A stretch of DNA of 64,000 bases from contig CAVYIM010000006.1 in assembly GCA_963768655.1 (NCBI GenBank), positions 1 to 64,000 of the forward strand, written 5' to 3'. This DNA is from an uncultured Chloroflexia bacterium. GTDB taxonomy: Bacteria > Chloroflexota > Limnocylindria > Limnocylindrales > CSP1-4. The notes below the pieces were generated by a model, which had not been told where the DNA came from, made no database searches, and was given only the letters and a program-made list of their open reading frames with translations. Shown here one piece after another: positions 42,269 to 51,550 of the stretch (the stretch's first letter is position 1; each line of letters opens with the position of its first letter). The translations under genes and the position numbers were made by a program.

Positions 42269-43326
42269 CGGGCAAGCTGAACACTCCCAGGGCTGCGCAC
42301 CGGGACCCCGGCGCCGAGTGGGCCGCGCTCGGGACCCCGGCGGGCGGGTGGGCCACGCACCCGACCCCGGCCGGCGGGTGGGCGGCGCTCGCGGCCGATA
42401 TCGCCCGCGTCGTCGGGGTGCGGCCGCGCCGCGACGAGATGCTCTCCCGCCACACGACGATGCGCGTCGGAGGTCCGGCGGATCTGATGGCGGTCGCCCA
42501 CGACGCAACACAGCTTGCCGCGCTGGTTCGTTTCGCCCGCGTGGTCGGGTTGCCGCACGCGGTCATCGGTCGCGGCAGCAATCTGGTGGTGAGCGACGCC
42601 GGCGTCCGCGGCCTGGTCATCCTCTCGCGGGCGGAGAGATGCCGCGTCGAGGGCACTCGTCTCATCGCCGAGGCTGGCGTGCCACTGGCTCGCGCCGCCA
42701 CGCTCGCCCAGCGGGCCGGCCTGAGCGGGCTGGAGTTCGGGCTGGCAATCCCCGGCACGGTGGGTGGCGCGGTCTGGGCCAACGCCGGCGCCCACGGCTC
42801 CGACATGGCCACCGTCGTCGAATCGGTCCGCATCCTGCGCGCCGACGGCACGGAGGCGGACGAGCCGGCCGCGGCGCTCGGCCTGGCTTATCGCGACAGC
42901 CGGCTCAAGCACGAGGCAGGGCGGCGGAGCGGCGCCGGTACCGAGGCGGTCCTGGAGGTCGCGCTCCGACTCACGCCGGCCGATCCAGCCGCGATCAAGA
43001 CGCGCCTCGACGAGATACGCCGCTGGCGCCGGGAGCATCAGCCGCTCAACCTGCCTAGCGCGGGGAGCATCTTCCGCAATCCGCCGGGCGACTCGGCCGG
43101 CCGCCTCATCGACGCCGCCGGGCTCAAAGGGGCCCGCATCGGCGGCGCCGCGATCAGCGAGCGGCATGCCAACTTCATAGTCAACGATCGGGGGGCCACC
43201 GCCGCCGACATCCGCCGCCTGGCGGACATGGCCCGTGCGGAGGTCGCGCGCAGGTTCGGAGTCGACCTGGTATACGAGGTTCAGTTCATGGGCGATTGGT
43301 CCGACTGGGGTCAGGAGGAGAGATGA
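42265..43326 (+). CDS. murB: UDP-N-acetylenolpyruvoylglucosamine reductase
   Basis: HTTMRVGGPA, GRGSNLVVSD, IPGTVGGAVWANAGA, SAGSIFRNP, HANFIVN. Confidence 0.94.
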   Translation: MTGKLNTPRAAHRDPGAEWAALGTPAGGWATHPTPAGGWAALAADIARVVGVRPRRDEMLSRHTTMRVGGPADLMAVAHDATQLAALVRFARVVGLPHAVIGRGSNLVVSDAGVRGLVILSRAERCRVEGTRLIAEAGVPLARAATLAQRAGLSGLEFGLAIPGTVGGAVWANAGAHGSDMATVVESVRILRADGTEADEPAAALGLAYRDSRLKHEAGRRSGAGTEAVLEVALRLTPADPAAIKTRLDEIRRWRREHQPLNLPSAGSIFRNPPGDSAGRLIDAAGLKGARIGGAAISERHANFIVNDRGATAADIRRLADMARAEVARRFGVDLVYEVQFMGDWSDWGQEER

Positions 43327-44486
43327 GCGGCGACATGACCGACCCGAAGACGCGCACGACCGAGCGCCGCAGAGAAGGCAAGGCAGTCGCAGTGCTGCTG
43401 GGCGGACCCTCCGCCGAGCACGACGTCTCGGTCGTTTCGGGTTGGGCGATCGCCGACGCCCTGTCGGATTCCGGGTACGCCGTCGAGCGGTACTTCATCG
43501 ACCTCTCGGGCCGGTGGTGGCAGGTCCCGGCCACAGCCGTTTCGGGCCGGCCCCGTCCCGGCACTTTCGACGACCCGGCCGCCGTGGGCGCTCGGGGGCC
43601 GTGGCAGCCCGCCGAGGCGCTCGGTCGCATCGCCGCGCGCCCCGTAGCCCCGATCGTCTTTCCCGCGCTCCACGGTCCGTTCGGCGAGGACGGCACCGTC
43701 CAGGCCCTGCTCGAAGCCTACGATCTGGCGTACGCCGGAGCGGGCGTGGCCGCCTCGGCGGTCGGAATGGACAAGGCGGTGTTCAAGCGCCTGGTCCGCG
43801 GCCTGGGCATGCCGGTCGTGGAATGGGTGGAGATCACGGGGCCGCGCTGGGCGGGCGCGCGTCAGGCCGTCCTCGAGGAGGTCGCCGCCTTTTCAGAGCG
43901 CTGCAACGAGCGCCGGCTGATGGTCAAGCCGGCCCGCATGGGGTCGTCGGTGGGGATGTCGATCGCACATACCGCGGCCGAACGCGGGCGGGCCCTCGAC
44001 GAGGCCTTCCGGTTCGACAGCCTGGCCATCGTCGAGCGCTATCTCGACCACCCGCGCGAGCTCGAGGTCGCGGTCGTGGGCAACGACCCGGCCGACCTGG
44101 CAGCCTACGGGCCGGGCGAGGTTTTCCCGGGCCGGGAGTTCTACGACTACGTGGCCAAGTACAGCGACGGCGTCTCCGAGGTGACGCCGAAAGCGGACGT
44201 TCCCGAGGCCCTGGGCACGCGGATCCGTTCCGTCGCCGTGGACGCCTACCGCGCCATCGGCTGCGAGGGCTTCGCCCGTGTCGACTTCCTGCTTGCCGGC
44301 GACACGGTCTACCTCAACGAGATCAACACCATCCCGGGCTTCACTCCCATCAGCCTCTTTCCGCAGATGGCGGCAACGGGTCTGGGCAGCTTTGGGGCCG
44401 TCTGCCGGCGCATCGTGCAGCTGGCCGAGGAGCGTCAGGCGGCGCGCGTCCGGAGCCGTCTGACCACCGCGGACCTGCCGCGCTGA
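43323..44486 (+). CDS. ddl: D-alanine--D-alanine ligase
   Basis: GGPSAEHDVS, LHGPFGEDG, GSSVG, FYDYVAKY, NEINTIPGFT. Confidence 0.95.
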   Translation: MSGDMTDPKTRTTERRREGKAVAVLLGGPSAEHDVSVVSGWAIADALSDSGYAVERYFIDLSGRWWQVPATAVSGRPRPGTFDDPAAVGARGPWQPAEALGRIAARPVAPIVFPALHGPFGEDGTVQALLEAYDLAYAGAGVAASAVGMDKAVFKRLVRGLGMPVVEWVEITGPRWAGARQAVLEEVAAFSERCNERRLMVKPARMGSSVGMSIAHTAAERGRALDEAFRFDSLAIVERYLDHPRELEVAVVGNDPADLAAYGPGEVFPGREFYDYVAKYSDGVSEVTPKADVPEALGTRIRSVAVDAYRAIGCEGFARVDFLLAGDTVYLNEINTIPGFTPISLFPQMAATGLGSFGAVCRRIVQLAEERQAARVRSRLTTADLPR

Positions 44487-44499
44487 GGGCGCCGTGCCG

Positions 44500-45660
44500 A
44501 TGCCGATGAGACGCGATCTGCCGCTCCGCCGCACAGGAGTGCAGGTCCGGCGCCAGCCGATCCGCCGGGCATCGGCGCCACGGCTCCGCTCGACGCAGAT
44601 CTATGCCCTGGTGCTGATGTTCCTGTGCGTGCTGACGATCATCTCGCTCGGCAGCTCGTCCCTCTTCGTGGCCCGGCACCTCGAGGTCCACGGCGCGACA
44701 TTCACCGGCGAGCAGGCCGTGAGCCAGATCGTAGGTATGGACGGCTCCCCGAATCTCTTCCGCCTTCGCACCGACCGGGTCGCCCAGGCGCTGGCCGCAC
44801 TGCCGGCCGTCGAGTCGGCCCGGGTCGAAGTCAAGCTGCCGGACACCGTCGTCGTCACCGTCGTCGAGCGTCAGCCCAAGCTGATCTGGGTGATCGGCGA
44901 TCGGCGCTATGTCGTCGACGACACCGGCCTTCTCTTCGGCGAGGTGGATTCGGTCGGCAATCCCGTATACCCGACGCCCGGAAGCCTGAACCCGTCGAGC
45001 GCGGCACCCAGCCAGTCCGCCGGCGCGTCAGGTTCGAGCCCCGGCGCCTCCGCCAGCGGGCCCGCGTCGACCGATTCTCCCGATGACAGCGCGAATGCCG
45101 GCGCGGACGAGGGGTCGGCACGGGGCCAGCCCATCGGCGCGGTGATGATGGCGGCGAAGGCGACGCCCAGGGCCAGCACGGCCGCCAGCCCGACGCCGGA
45201 GCCCAGCCCGACAGCGACCCTGGAACCGGTCCCATCGCTCCTGCCGGTTCCCACGGCCGATCCGGCCGCGACGGCGGGCCCGCAGGTCGTGAACCTGCCC
45301 GCCGTCTACGATCGTCGCGCCGACGACGCCGACCTGTCACTCGGCGACGTCGTGGACCCGATCACGCTCGATGCCGCGTATCGCCTGGCCGGCATCACCC
45401 CGGCCGACGTCGGCAGCCAGGCGTCGAGCCTGGACATCGTCGTCGACGACCAGTACGGCTTCACCTTGAGCTCCGGCCCGAACGGCTGGGTGGCCGACTT
45501 CGGGTTCTACACCGAGACTCTGCGCAAAGACACGGTCATACCCGAGCAAGTGCGCGACCTGCGGTCGCTGCTGCTGCAATACGGCGAGAGCCACGTCGCG
45601 TGGGTCTTCCTCGTCGCGGATATCGCGGACAATCACATCGACACGTACATTGCCCGCTGA
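44500..45660 (+). CDS. ftsQ: FtsQ/DivIB-type POTRA protein with a long low-complexity insertion
   Basis: TM then NLF...LPAVESARVEVKLPDTVVVTVVERQP; position between ddl and ftsA. Confidence 0.8.
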   Translation: MPMRRDLPLRRTGVQVRRQPIRRASAPRLRSTQIYALVLMFLCVLTIISLGSSSLFVARHLEVHGATFTGEQAVSQIVGMDGSPNLFRLRTDRVAQALAALPAVESARVEVKLPDTVVVTVVERQPKLIWVIGDRRYVVDDTGLLFGEVDSVGNPVYPTPGSLNPSSAAPSQSAGASGSSPGASASGPASTDSPDDSANAGADEGSARGQPIGAVMMAAKATPRASTAASPTPEPSPTATLEPVPSLLPVPTADPAATAGPQVVNLPAVYDRRADDADLSLGDVVDPITLDAAYRLAGITPADVGSQASSLDIVVDDQYGFTLSSGPNGWVADFGFYTETLRKDTVIPEQVRDLRSLLLQYGESHVAWVFLVADIADNHIDTYIAR

Positions 45661-45750
45661 GAGGCGGTAGGCGAACTGCCCCGGTCGGACGCGGCCGGAT
45701 CGGTCAAGATTAGCGAGACGGAGCGAGACACTAGACCGAGGACTGAGCGA

Positions 45751-46983
45751 GTGGAACGCGAAGCGGTACTGGTCGGAATCGACGTCGGTACGAGCAAGGT
45801 TTGCGCGCTCATCGGCGAGGTGGGGCGCGATGGCGGCCTGACCATCGTCGGCAAGGGCGTCGTGCCGTCGGCTGGTCTGAAGAAGGCCGTCGTCGTCAAC
45901 ATCGAGCAGACGGTCCGGTCGATCGCCGGCGCCGTCGAGCATTCGGAGCGCTCCTCCGGATATCAGATCGACCGCGCCTTCGTGGGGGTCGGCGGTCAGC
46001 ATGTCGAGAGCCAGAACTCACGCGGCGCGGTCGCCGTCAGCGGCCACCACCGCGAGGTGACCCGAGAGGACATCCTCCGCGCGACGGAAGTCGCGCGCGC
46101 CGTCACGATCCCGTCGAACCGCGAGGTCCTGCACGTCCTGCCGCGCGGCTTCATCGTCGATGGCCAGGAGGGGGTCAAGGATCCCCTCGGCATGAGCGCC
46201 ATCCGCCTCGAGATCGAGACCCACATCGTCACCGCCTCCGCGACGGCGGTTCGGAACCTGGCCAAGTGCGTGCAGTCGGCCAACGTCAAGATCGACGAGC
46301 TGGTGGCAGCCTCCCTCGCTTCGGCCGAGGCGGTTTTGTCCGAGACGGAGCGTGACCTGGGCGTCGCCGTCGTCGACATCGGCGCCGGCACGATCGATCT
46401 GGCGCTCTTCATCGACGGCCAGGCCTACAAGACCGCGGTCCTGCCGGTCGGCGGCAACAACGTCACCAACGACGTCGCGATCGGTCTCAAGACCACTCTG
46501 CAGGTCGCCGAGGAGCTGAAGATCCAGCACGGCAGCTGCGACCTCTCGACCGTTCGAGCCGACGAGATGATCAGCGTCTCGATGCTGGGCGAGCCGGCCG
46601 GCCGGACGGTCAGCCGCCTGGACATCTGCCAGATCATCGAGGCCCGCATGCGCGAAACCTTCGAGCTTCTGCGGGCCGAGATTCGAATGGCCGGCGAGGG
46701 CATGCTTCCGGCCGGTGTCGTCCTGACGGGCGGCTCCGCTCAACTCGGCGGAGCGGCGGCTCTGGGCCGCGAAGTCCTGGACATGCCGGTCCGGGTGGCC
46801 GGCCCCACGGACGTCGGTGGCCTTACCGACAACATCCTGAACCCGGCCTACAGCACCGCGATCGGGCTGCTGCTGTGGGGCGCCAGGGGCCTCGAAGGCG
46901 CCGACGGATCGCGCTACGAATCCGCGCCGGCGGGCGGCGCGGCGGGCCGGGTCCGCGACGCTCTCCGCCACCTGTTCCCCTGA
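45751..46983 (+). CDS. ftsA: cell division protein FtsA
   Basis: DVGTSKV, DIGAGT, VGGNNVTNDVA, GVVLTGG. Confidence 0.95.
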   Translation: MEREAVLVGIDVGTSKVCALIGEVGRDGGLTIVGKGVVPSAGLKKAVVVNIEQTVRSIAGAVEHSERSSGYQIDRAFVGVGGQHVESQNSRGAVAVSGHHREVTREDILRATEVARAVTIPSNREVLHVLPRGFIVDGQEGVKDPLGMSAIRLEIETHIVTASATAVRNLAKCVQSANVKIDELVAASLASAEAVLSETERDLGVAVVDIGAGTIDLALFIDGQAYKTAVLPVGGNNVTNDVAIGLKTTLQVAEELKIQHGSCDLSTVRADEMISVSMLGEPAGRTVSRLDICQIIEARMRETFELLRAEIRMAGEGMLPAGVVLTGGSAQLGGAAALGREVLDMPVRVAGPTDVGGLTDNILNPAYSTAIGLLLWGARGLEGADGSRYESAPAGGAAGRVRDALRHLFP

Positions 46984-46996
46984 ACCGAGCCAGCCC

Positions 46997-47401
46997 GTGA
47001 AGAGGCAGGAGCTGACCATCGAGACCGGCCGGCGCCGCGGGCTGCATGATCTGACCGCGGCCTGCGAGCAATTCGTCGCCGGCGAAGGCGACGGGCTGCT
47101 CGTCGTTTTCGTCCCCCACGCCACGGCCGGGGTCGTGGTCGTGGAGCTGGGCGCCGGGTCCGACGCCGACCTGATGGCGACCCTGGATCGGCTGCTTCCT
47201 CGGAGCGCCAGCTGGGTTCACCAGCACGGCGCGCCCGGCCACGGCGCCGACCACGTGCTGCCCCTGCTGGCGCCGCCGTCGCTGACGGTGCCCGTGGTTG
47301 CCGGTCGTCTCACGCTCGGCAGCTGGCAGTCCATCGCTCTCCTGGACCCCAATTCGGACAACTCCGTTCGGACCGTTCTATTGACCTTCGCGCCAGCCTG
47401 A
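46997..47401 (+). CDS. YjbQ/UPF0047 family protein
   Basis: FVPHATAG, HQHGAPGHGADH, LGSWQSI. Confidence 0.88.
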   Translation: MKRQELTIETGRRRGLHDLTAACEQFVAGEGDGLLVVFVPHATAGVVVVELGAGSDADLMATLDRLLPRSASWVHQHGAPGHGADHVLPLLAPPSLTVPVVAGRLTLGSWQSIALLDPNSDNSVRTVLLTFAPA

Positions 47402-47464
47402 GACCGCCCGCTCGGGCGGCTGCCGAGGGAACTCCCGGCGTCGGGCGGCTCCGCGTCCCAGATG

Positions 47465-47556
47465 CGCACATTTGTTCGTATCGCACGCTCAGAGGTCGCG
47501 TTTCAGCGTGCGATTCAGAGGGCATGCAAACGAAACTCGGCGTATACTTGTCCACA
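47465..47556 (+). promoter_or_regulatory. ftsZ promoter region with overlapping DnaA box and a near-SOS box
   Basis: TATACT 47543-47548 overlapping TTGTCCACA 47548-47556; CGCACATTTGTTCG 47465-47478. Confidence 0.5.
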
Positions 47557-47651
47557 TCCGAGCCGGCCCTGCACAGCGCTACACCTCTACCAATCTCGGG
47601 CGGCCGGACCGAACGACAGGCATCTGCCGGAGAGCCACCGGAGGATAAGAA

Positions 47652-48923
47652 ATGCCGCTACGGTCCGATTCCGAGAACTTCGCCCTGATACGTGTCATCG
47701 GTGTCGGGGGCGGCGGGTCCAACGCCGTCAACCGGATGATCCGGGCCGAGATGATGGGCGTGGAGTTCATCGCCTGCAATACGGATGCCCAGGCCCTTCT
47801 CCAGTCAGACGCGCCCCACAAGATTCGCATCGGCGACAAGATCACGCGCGGTCTCGGGGCGGGCGGCGATGCCTCCATAGGCCAGCGGGCGGCTGAGGAA
47901 GACGCCGAGAAGATCACCGACGCGCTGCGTGATTCAGACATGGTCTTCATCACGGCCGGACTGGGCGGCGGCACTGGCTCTGGCGCCGCCCCGATCGTAG
48001 CCGAGATCGCTCGGGACCTGGGCGCGCTCACGATTGGCGTCGTTACCAAGCCCTTCGCCTTCGAGGGTGTCCGCCGCAAGCTGGTGGCTGAGCGAGCGGC
48101 CGAAGCTCTCAAAGCCAAGGTGGACACGCTCATCACCATCCCCAACGATCGACTGCGCGACGTCGTCCAGAAGAACACCTCGTTGGTCGAGGCCTTCCGT
48201 TTCGTCGACGACGTCCTGCGCCAGGGCGTCCAGGGGATCAGCGACATCATCACCGTTCCCGGCCTGATCAACCTCGACTTCGCCGACGTTCGAGCCGTCA
48301 TGAAGGATGCCGGGTCGGCCCTGATGGGCATCGGTCGGGCGACCGGCGACAACCGGGCCCTCGACGCGACCCGCCAGGCTATCGCTAGCCCGCTCTTGGA
48401 GATCAGCATCAACGGCGCCCAGGGCATCCTGTTCAACGTCTCGGGCTCGTCCAACCTCAGCCTGTTCGAGGTCACCGAAGCCGCCGAGGAGATCCGCTCC
48501 GTGGCGGATCCGGAGGCGAACATCATCTTCGGCACGAGCTTCGACGACCGCCTCGGCGACGAGGTCATGATCACCGTCATCGCCACGGGCTTCGACGCCA
48601 GTCGCAAGCGCGAGTCCGCGCGGCGAGAGGCGGGTGCGGCCACACCGGGCACCGGCTACTCACAGCGCACGGACACCGCGGACTTCCTGGCGGAGCTGGA
48701 GCGCCAGCGCATCCACTCGGTGGAGCCGGTGCCGGTCCATATGCGGGGCGCGGGAACGTACGGTCCCACGGGCACGCTCGAGCGCGCCCCGGTGCCGGTG
48801 CCGATCCAGACCACGCCATCCGTTCGCCGGCCGCAAGTCGATCGGCCGCGGCCCACCTACGACGACACGGATCTCGAGATCCCGAGCTTCCTGCGGCGGC
48901 CGCCGCAGGAGGAGCAGGCGTAG
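47652..48923 (+). CDS. ftsZ: cell division protein FtsZ
   Basis: [26 protein letters not shown]-terminal LEIPSFLRR. Confidence 0.97.
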   Translation: MPLRSDSENFALIRVIGVGGGGSNAVNRMIRAEMMGVEFIACNTDAQALLQSDAPHKIRIGDKITRGLGAGGDASIGQRAAEEDAEKITDALRDSDMVFITAGLGGGTGSGAAPIVAEIARDLGALTIGVVTKPFAFEGVRRKLVAERAAEALKAKVDTLITIPNDRLRDVVQKNTSLVEAFRFVDDVLRQGVQGISDIITVPGLINLDFADVRAVMKDAGSALMGIGRATGDNRALDATRQAIASPLLEISINGAQGILFNVSGSSNLSLFEVTEAAEEIRSVADPEANIIFGTSFDDRLGDEVMITVIATGFDASRKRESARREAGAATPGTGYSQRTDTADFLAELERQRIHSVEPVPVHMRGAGTYGPTGTLERAPVPVPIQTTPSVRRPQVDRPRPTYDDTDLEIPSFLRRPPQEEQA

Positions 48924-48935
48924 CCGCTGGCCGCC

Positions 48936-49661
48936 TTGGCCGGTCCCGATCCCGAAGACGTAGCGGCGTTTTCGGCCGCGCGTGCGCGCCTCCTTTCGGT
49001 CGTCGACAATGCGTGCCGGCGGGTCGGGCGCGACCCTGAGCGCGTCCAGCTCGTTGCCGTCTCCAAGACCGTACCCGCCGTGCGGTTGGGCGCTGCCGTC
49101 GCGGCCGGGCTGACGGTCCTCGGCGAGAACCGTGTCCAGGAGGCCGAATCGAAGGCACCATTGCTGCCGGGCGCGAGCTGGCATCTGATCGGCCCGCTGC
49201 AGTCGAACAAGGCCCGCCGGGCGGTCGAGCTCTTCGACGTCATCGAGTCGGTCGACTCGCTCGATCTGGCACGCAGGCTCGATCGGCTGGCCGGCGAGCT
49301 CGGCCGGGCGCCTCTGCGCATCTATCTGCAGGTGAACGTGGACCGCGACGAGGCGAAGGCCGGCTTTCTGCCCGAAGCCCTGGCGGTGGAGCTGGCCGAG
49401 CTCGCGGGGCTGCCGAATCTGCGCTTGCTGGGGCTGATGACGGTCGGCCGGCTGGTGGGTTCGGCCGAGGAGGCAAGGCCCACGTTCCGGCGGTTGCGGG
49501 AGCTGTCTGGGCGGCTGCGCGGGGCGCCCGGGCTCGGCGCGCCCGGGCTCGGCGCGGGGCTGTCGATGGGCATGACGGACGACTACCCTGTGGCCGTGGA
49601 GGAGGGCGCCACGGTCATCCGCGTCGGCCGAGCCCTGTTCGGGGCGCGGCCGGCCGGGTAG
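48936..49661 (+). CDS. yggS: PLP homeostasis protein (YggS family)
   Basis: VAVSKT, GENRVQE, WHLIGPLQSNK, LSMGMTDDY, IRVGRALFG. Confidence 0.94.
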   Translation: MAGPDPEDVAAFSAARARLLSVVDNACRRVGRDPERVQLVAVSKTVPAVRLGAAVAAGLTVLGENRVQEAESKAPLLPGASWHLIGPLQSNKARRAVELFDVIESVDSLDLARRLDRLAGELGRAPLRIYLQVNVDRDEAKAGFLPEALAVELAELAGLPNLRLLGLMTVGRLVGSAEEARPTFRRLRELSGRLRGAPGLGAPGLGAGLSMGMTDDYPVAVEEGATVIRVGRALFGARPAG

Positions 49662-49710
49662 GGGTGAGCAGGCGTCTGCGGGCCGCCGGGCGGGATGATC
49701 GGGCCGTCGA

Positions 49711-50064
49711 GTGGCGACTTTACGGAACGCGACCATAATCGGGACGCGATGGAATCCGATTTTCGTTTCGCGGATCGAACGCGCCGCTCGGAGGTTCGAA
49801 TTCGCCGTGCGCCTGACGCCCCGTGGCGGCGCCGATCGAGTCGACGGCGTGAATGAGGAGGGCGTGCTGCAGGCCAGGGTTTCGGCGCCGCCCGTCGGCG
49901 GTGCCGCGAATGCCGCCCTCGTCAGGCTCCTGGCCGATGAGCTGAACGTCGCCCGCAGCGGCGTGCGCCTCGTGGCGGGCGCGACCGGGCGGCACAAGCT
50001 CGTGGTCGTCGAGGGAGTCTCGCCCGAGGAGATCGCGGCCCGCTGGCCCGGCCTCAAGCTGTAG
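49711..50064 (+). CDS. DUF167 (YggU-like) protein; start uncertain
   Basis: VRLTPRGG...RVSAPPVGGAANAALV...GATGRHK. Confidence 0.85.
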   Translation: MATLRNATIIGTRWNPIFVSRIERAARRFEFAVRLTPRGGADRVDGVNEEGVLQARVSAPPVGGAANAALVRLLADELNVARSGVRLVAGATGRHKLVVVEGVSPEEIAARWPGLKL

Positions 50065-50106
50065 GGAGTGGCGCCGGCAGGCCGTCCCCGTCGCGGCGTG
50101 GCGCGC

Positions 50107-50372
50107 GCGGCCCCGGCCCAATCGCGGCGCGGCCCCGGCCCAATCGCGGCGCGGCCCCGGCGCGGCCCGAGCTCGGTCGCCCCAGTACGGCCCGGCCCAA
50201 TCGCTTGGGCTCCCCCGGCGCGGCCCGGCCGTCGCCGGCCGTCGCAGCCGGGGCCCGCCCCGGCGCGGCTAGTCGCGGCCCCGGCTGTCGCGGCGAGGCC
50301 CGTCGCGGCCCGAGCTCGGTCGCCCCAGCACGGCCCGGTCCAATCGGCTTGGGCTCCCCCGGCCCAATCGCT
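50107..50372. repeat. complex GC-rich intergenic repeat
   Basis: 22-bp tandem GCGGCCCCGGCCCAATCGCGGC x2; ~59-bp direct repeat at 50161-50219 and 50304-50363; recurring GGCCCAATCG. Confidence 0.8.
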
Positions 50373-50446
50373 CCGGGGCATCTGGTCAGACTTGCGCCCC
50401 ATGAGAGTTGGAGCGGATGAGACCGCCTCCGGCGTCCCCGGACCGG

Positions 50447-51227
50447 TCATCGGCCGCCCATCGAGCCCGCGCCCGAGCGTGGCCTTGGTGGTCGCGCGTG
50501 CTCCCGCCGCTTCACCACCCGCTGCAGGGCCGCGATCGGATGGCCAACTTTCGCTCCAGGCAAGTTCGGACCAGAAGGCGATGCCGGATTCGGGCCCACG
50601 CTCGGGGTGGAGGAAGAGGGGCCCAAGGGATCTACCGTCTCGCGAGAGGGCCGACCTCAGCAGGGTGCGGTGGTCGGCGACCCTGCGGCGGTTGGTGCTC
50701 GAGGCGGCGACTATCAGCCAGCCACTTACGGATCGGGCCGGCCAACCGCGGCTCGCCGCGATTTGGGCCGCCAGCCGGCGCTTCCGGTCGAGCGTCCCGA
50801 TGAGCTCGTCCACGTCGACGATGGCGGTCTTGAGCTCGATCACCGCGACCGAGCCCGTTGCGGCGTGCCAGGCCAGGAGGTCGATGACTCCGCGCTCGCC
50901 GTAGATGGCGAAGGAAACCTCGGCAACCACGACCCAGCCGGGCCGGCGTGCGATCCAATCAGCGACGTGTTCGCCCAGTGCCGCATGTCGGGCGTTGATG
51001 ACGCGGTCGAACTCGCCGCCGGCTGATCTCGGGACGAGTTCCAGGCTGACGCCGAGCTTCGCCGCGATTCCGCGCAGAACGCGCAGCGATGCCCGATCGA
51101 GTTCGCCGTGCTCCAAGCGAGACACGAGCGCGGCTGACACTCCGGCCTGCGCCCCCAGATCGATCTGACGCAGGCGGCGCCTGACGCGAGCGGCTCTGAG
51201 CGCGAGGCCGAGGTGGAGATCATCCAT
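50447..51227 (-). CDS. XRE-HTH + PD-(D/E)xK nuclease-like protein (probable frameshift ~50568; stop estimated)
   Basis: LRAARVRRRLRQIDLGAQAGVS..VSRLEHG; EVSF..GERGVIDLL...VIELKT; the 855-aa ORF is read-through. Confidence 0.75.
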
Positions 51228-51386
51228 CTACGCCAGGATGGACCGCGCGCCTCAACTTGCACTTATCTGGCGATTGCCCCCACGTCTCCGTGCCCCGCCT
51301 TCGGGCGCCAGGGGCGCGGTGTCGGCCCCGCCTTCTGTCGCCCGCCCGGTATAATCGGCCTCCGTCGCCGCCCCGACGCATGACGT

Positions 51387-51463
51387 GGGCGATTAGCTCA
51401 GCTGGTTAGAGCGCGCGGTTCACATCCGCGAGGTCACTGGTTCGAGTCCAGTATCGCCCACCA
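51387..51463 (+). tRNA. tRNA-Val(CAC)
   Basis: GGGCGAT/ATCGCCC acceptor, anticodon arm CGCGG-TTCACAT-CCGCG, GGTTCGAGTCC, encoded CCA; TATAAT -10 upstream. Confidence 0.97.
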
Positions 51464-51550
51464 ATCGCTCCTCTTCCTTTAGGCTGACATCGCCCGCGGC
51501 CGGCGGCTGGCGCCGCCCACCGGCGCCGCCCACCGGCGCTGCGCGGGGCG

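Noticed and set aside
48660-51227. 855-aa minus-strand ORF as a single protein
   Set aside because: Beyond ~220 aa it is low-complexity read-through antisense to DUF167, yggS and ftsZ, and a single-base fix gives a stop at 50447.
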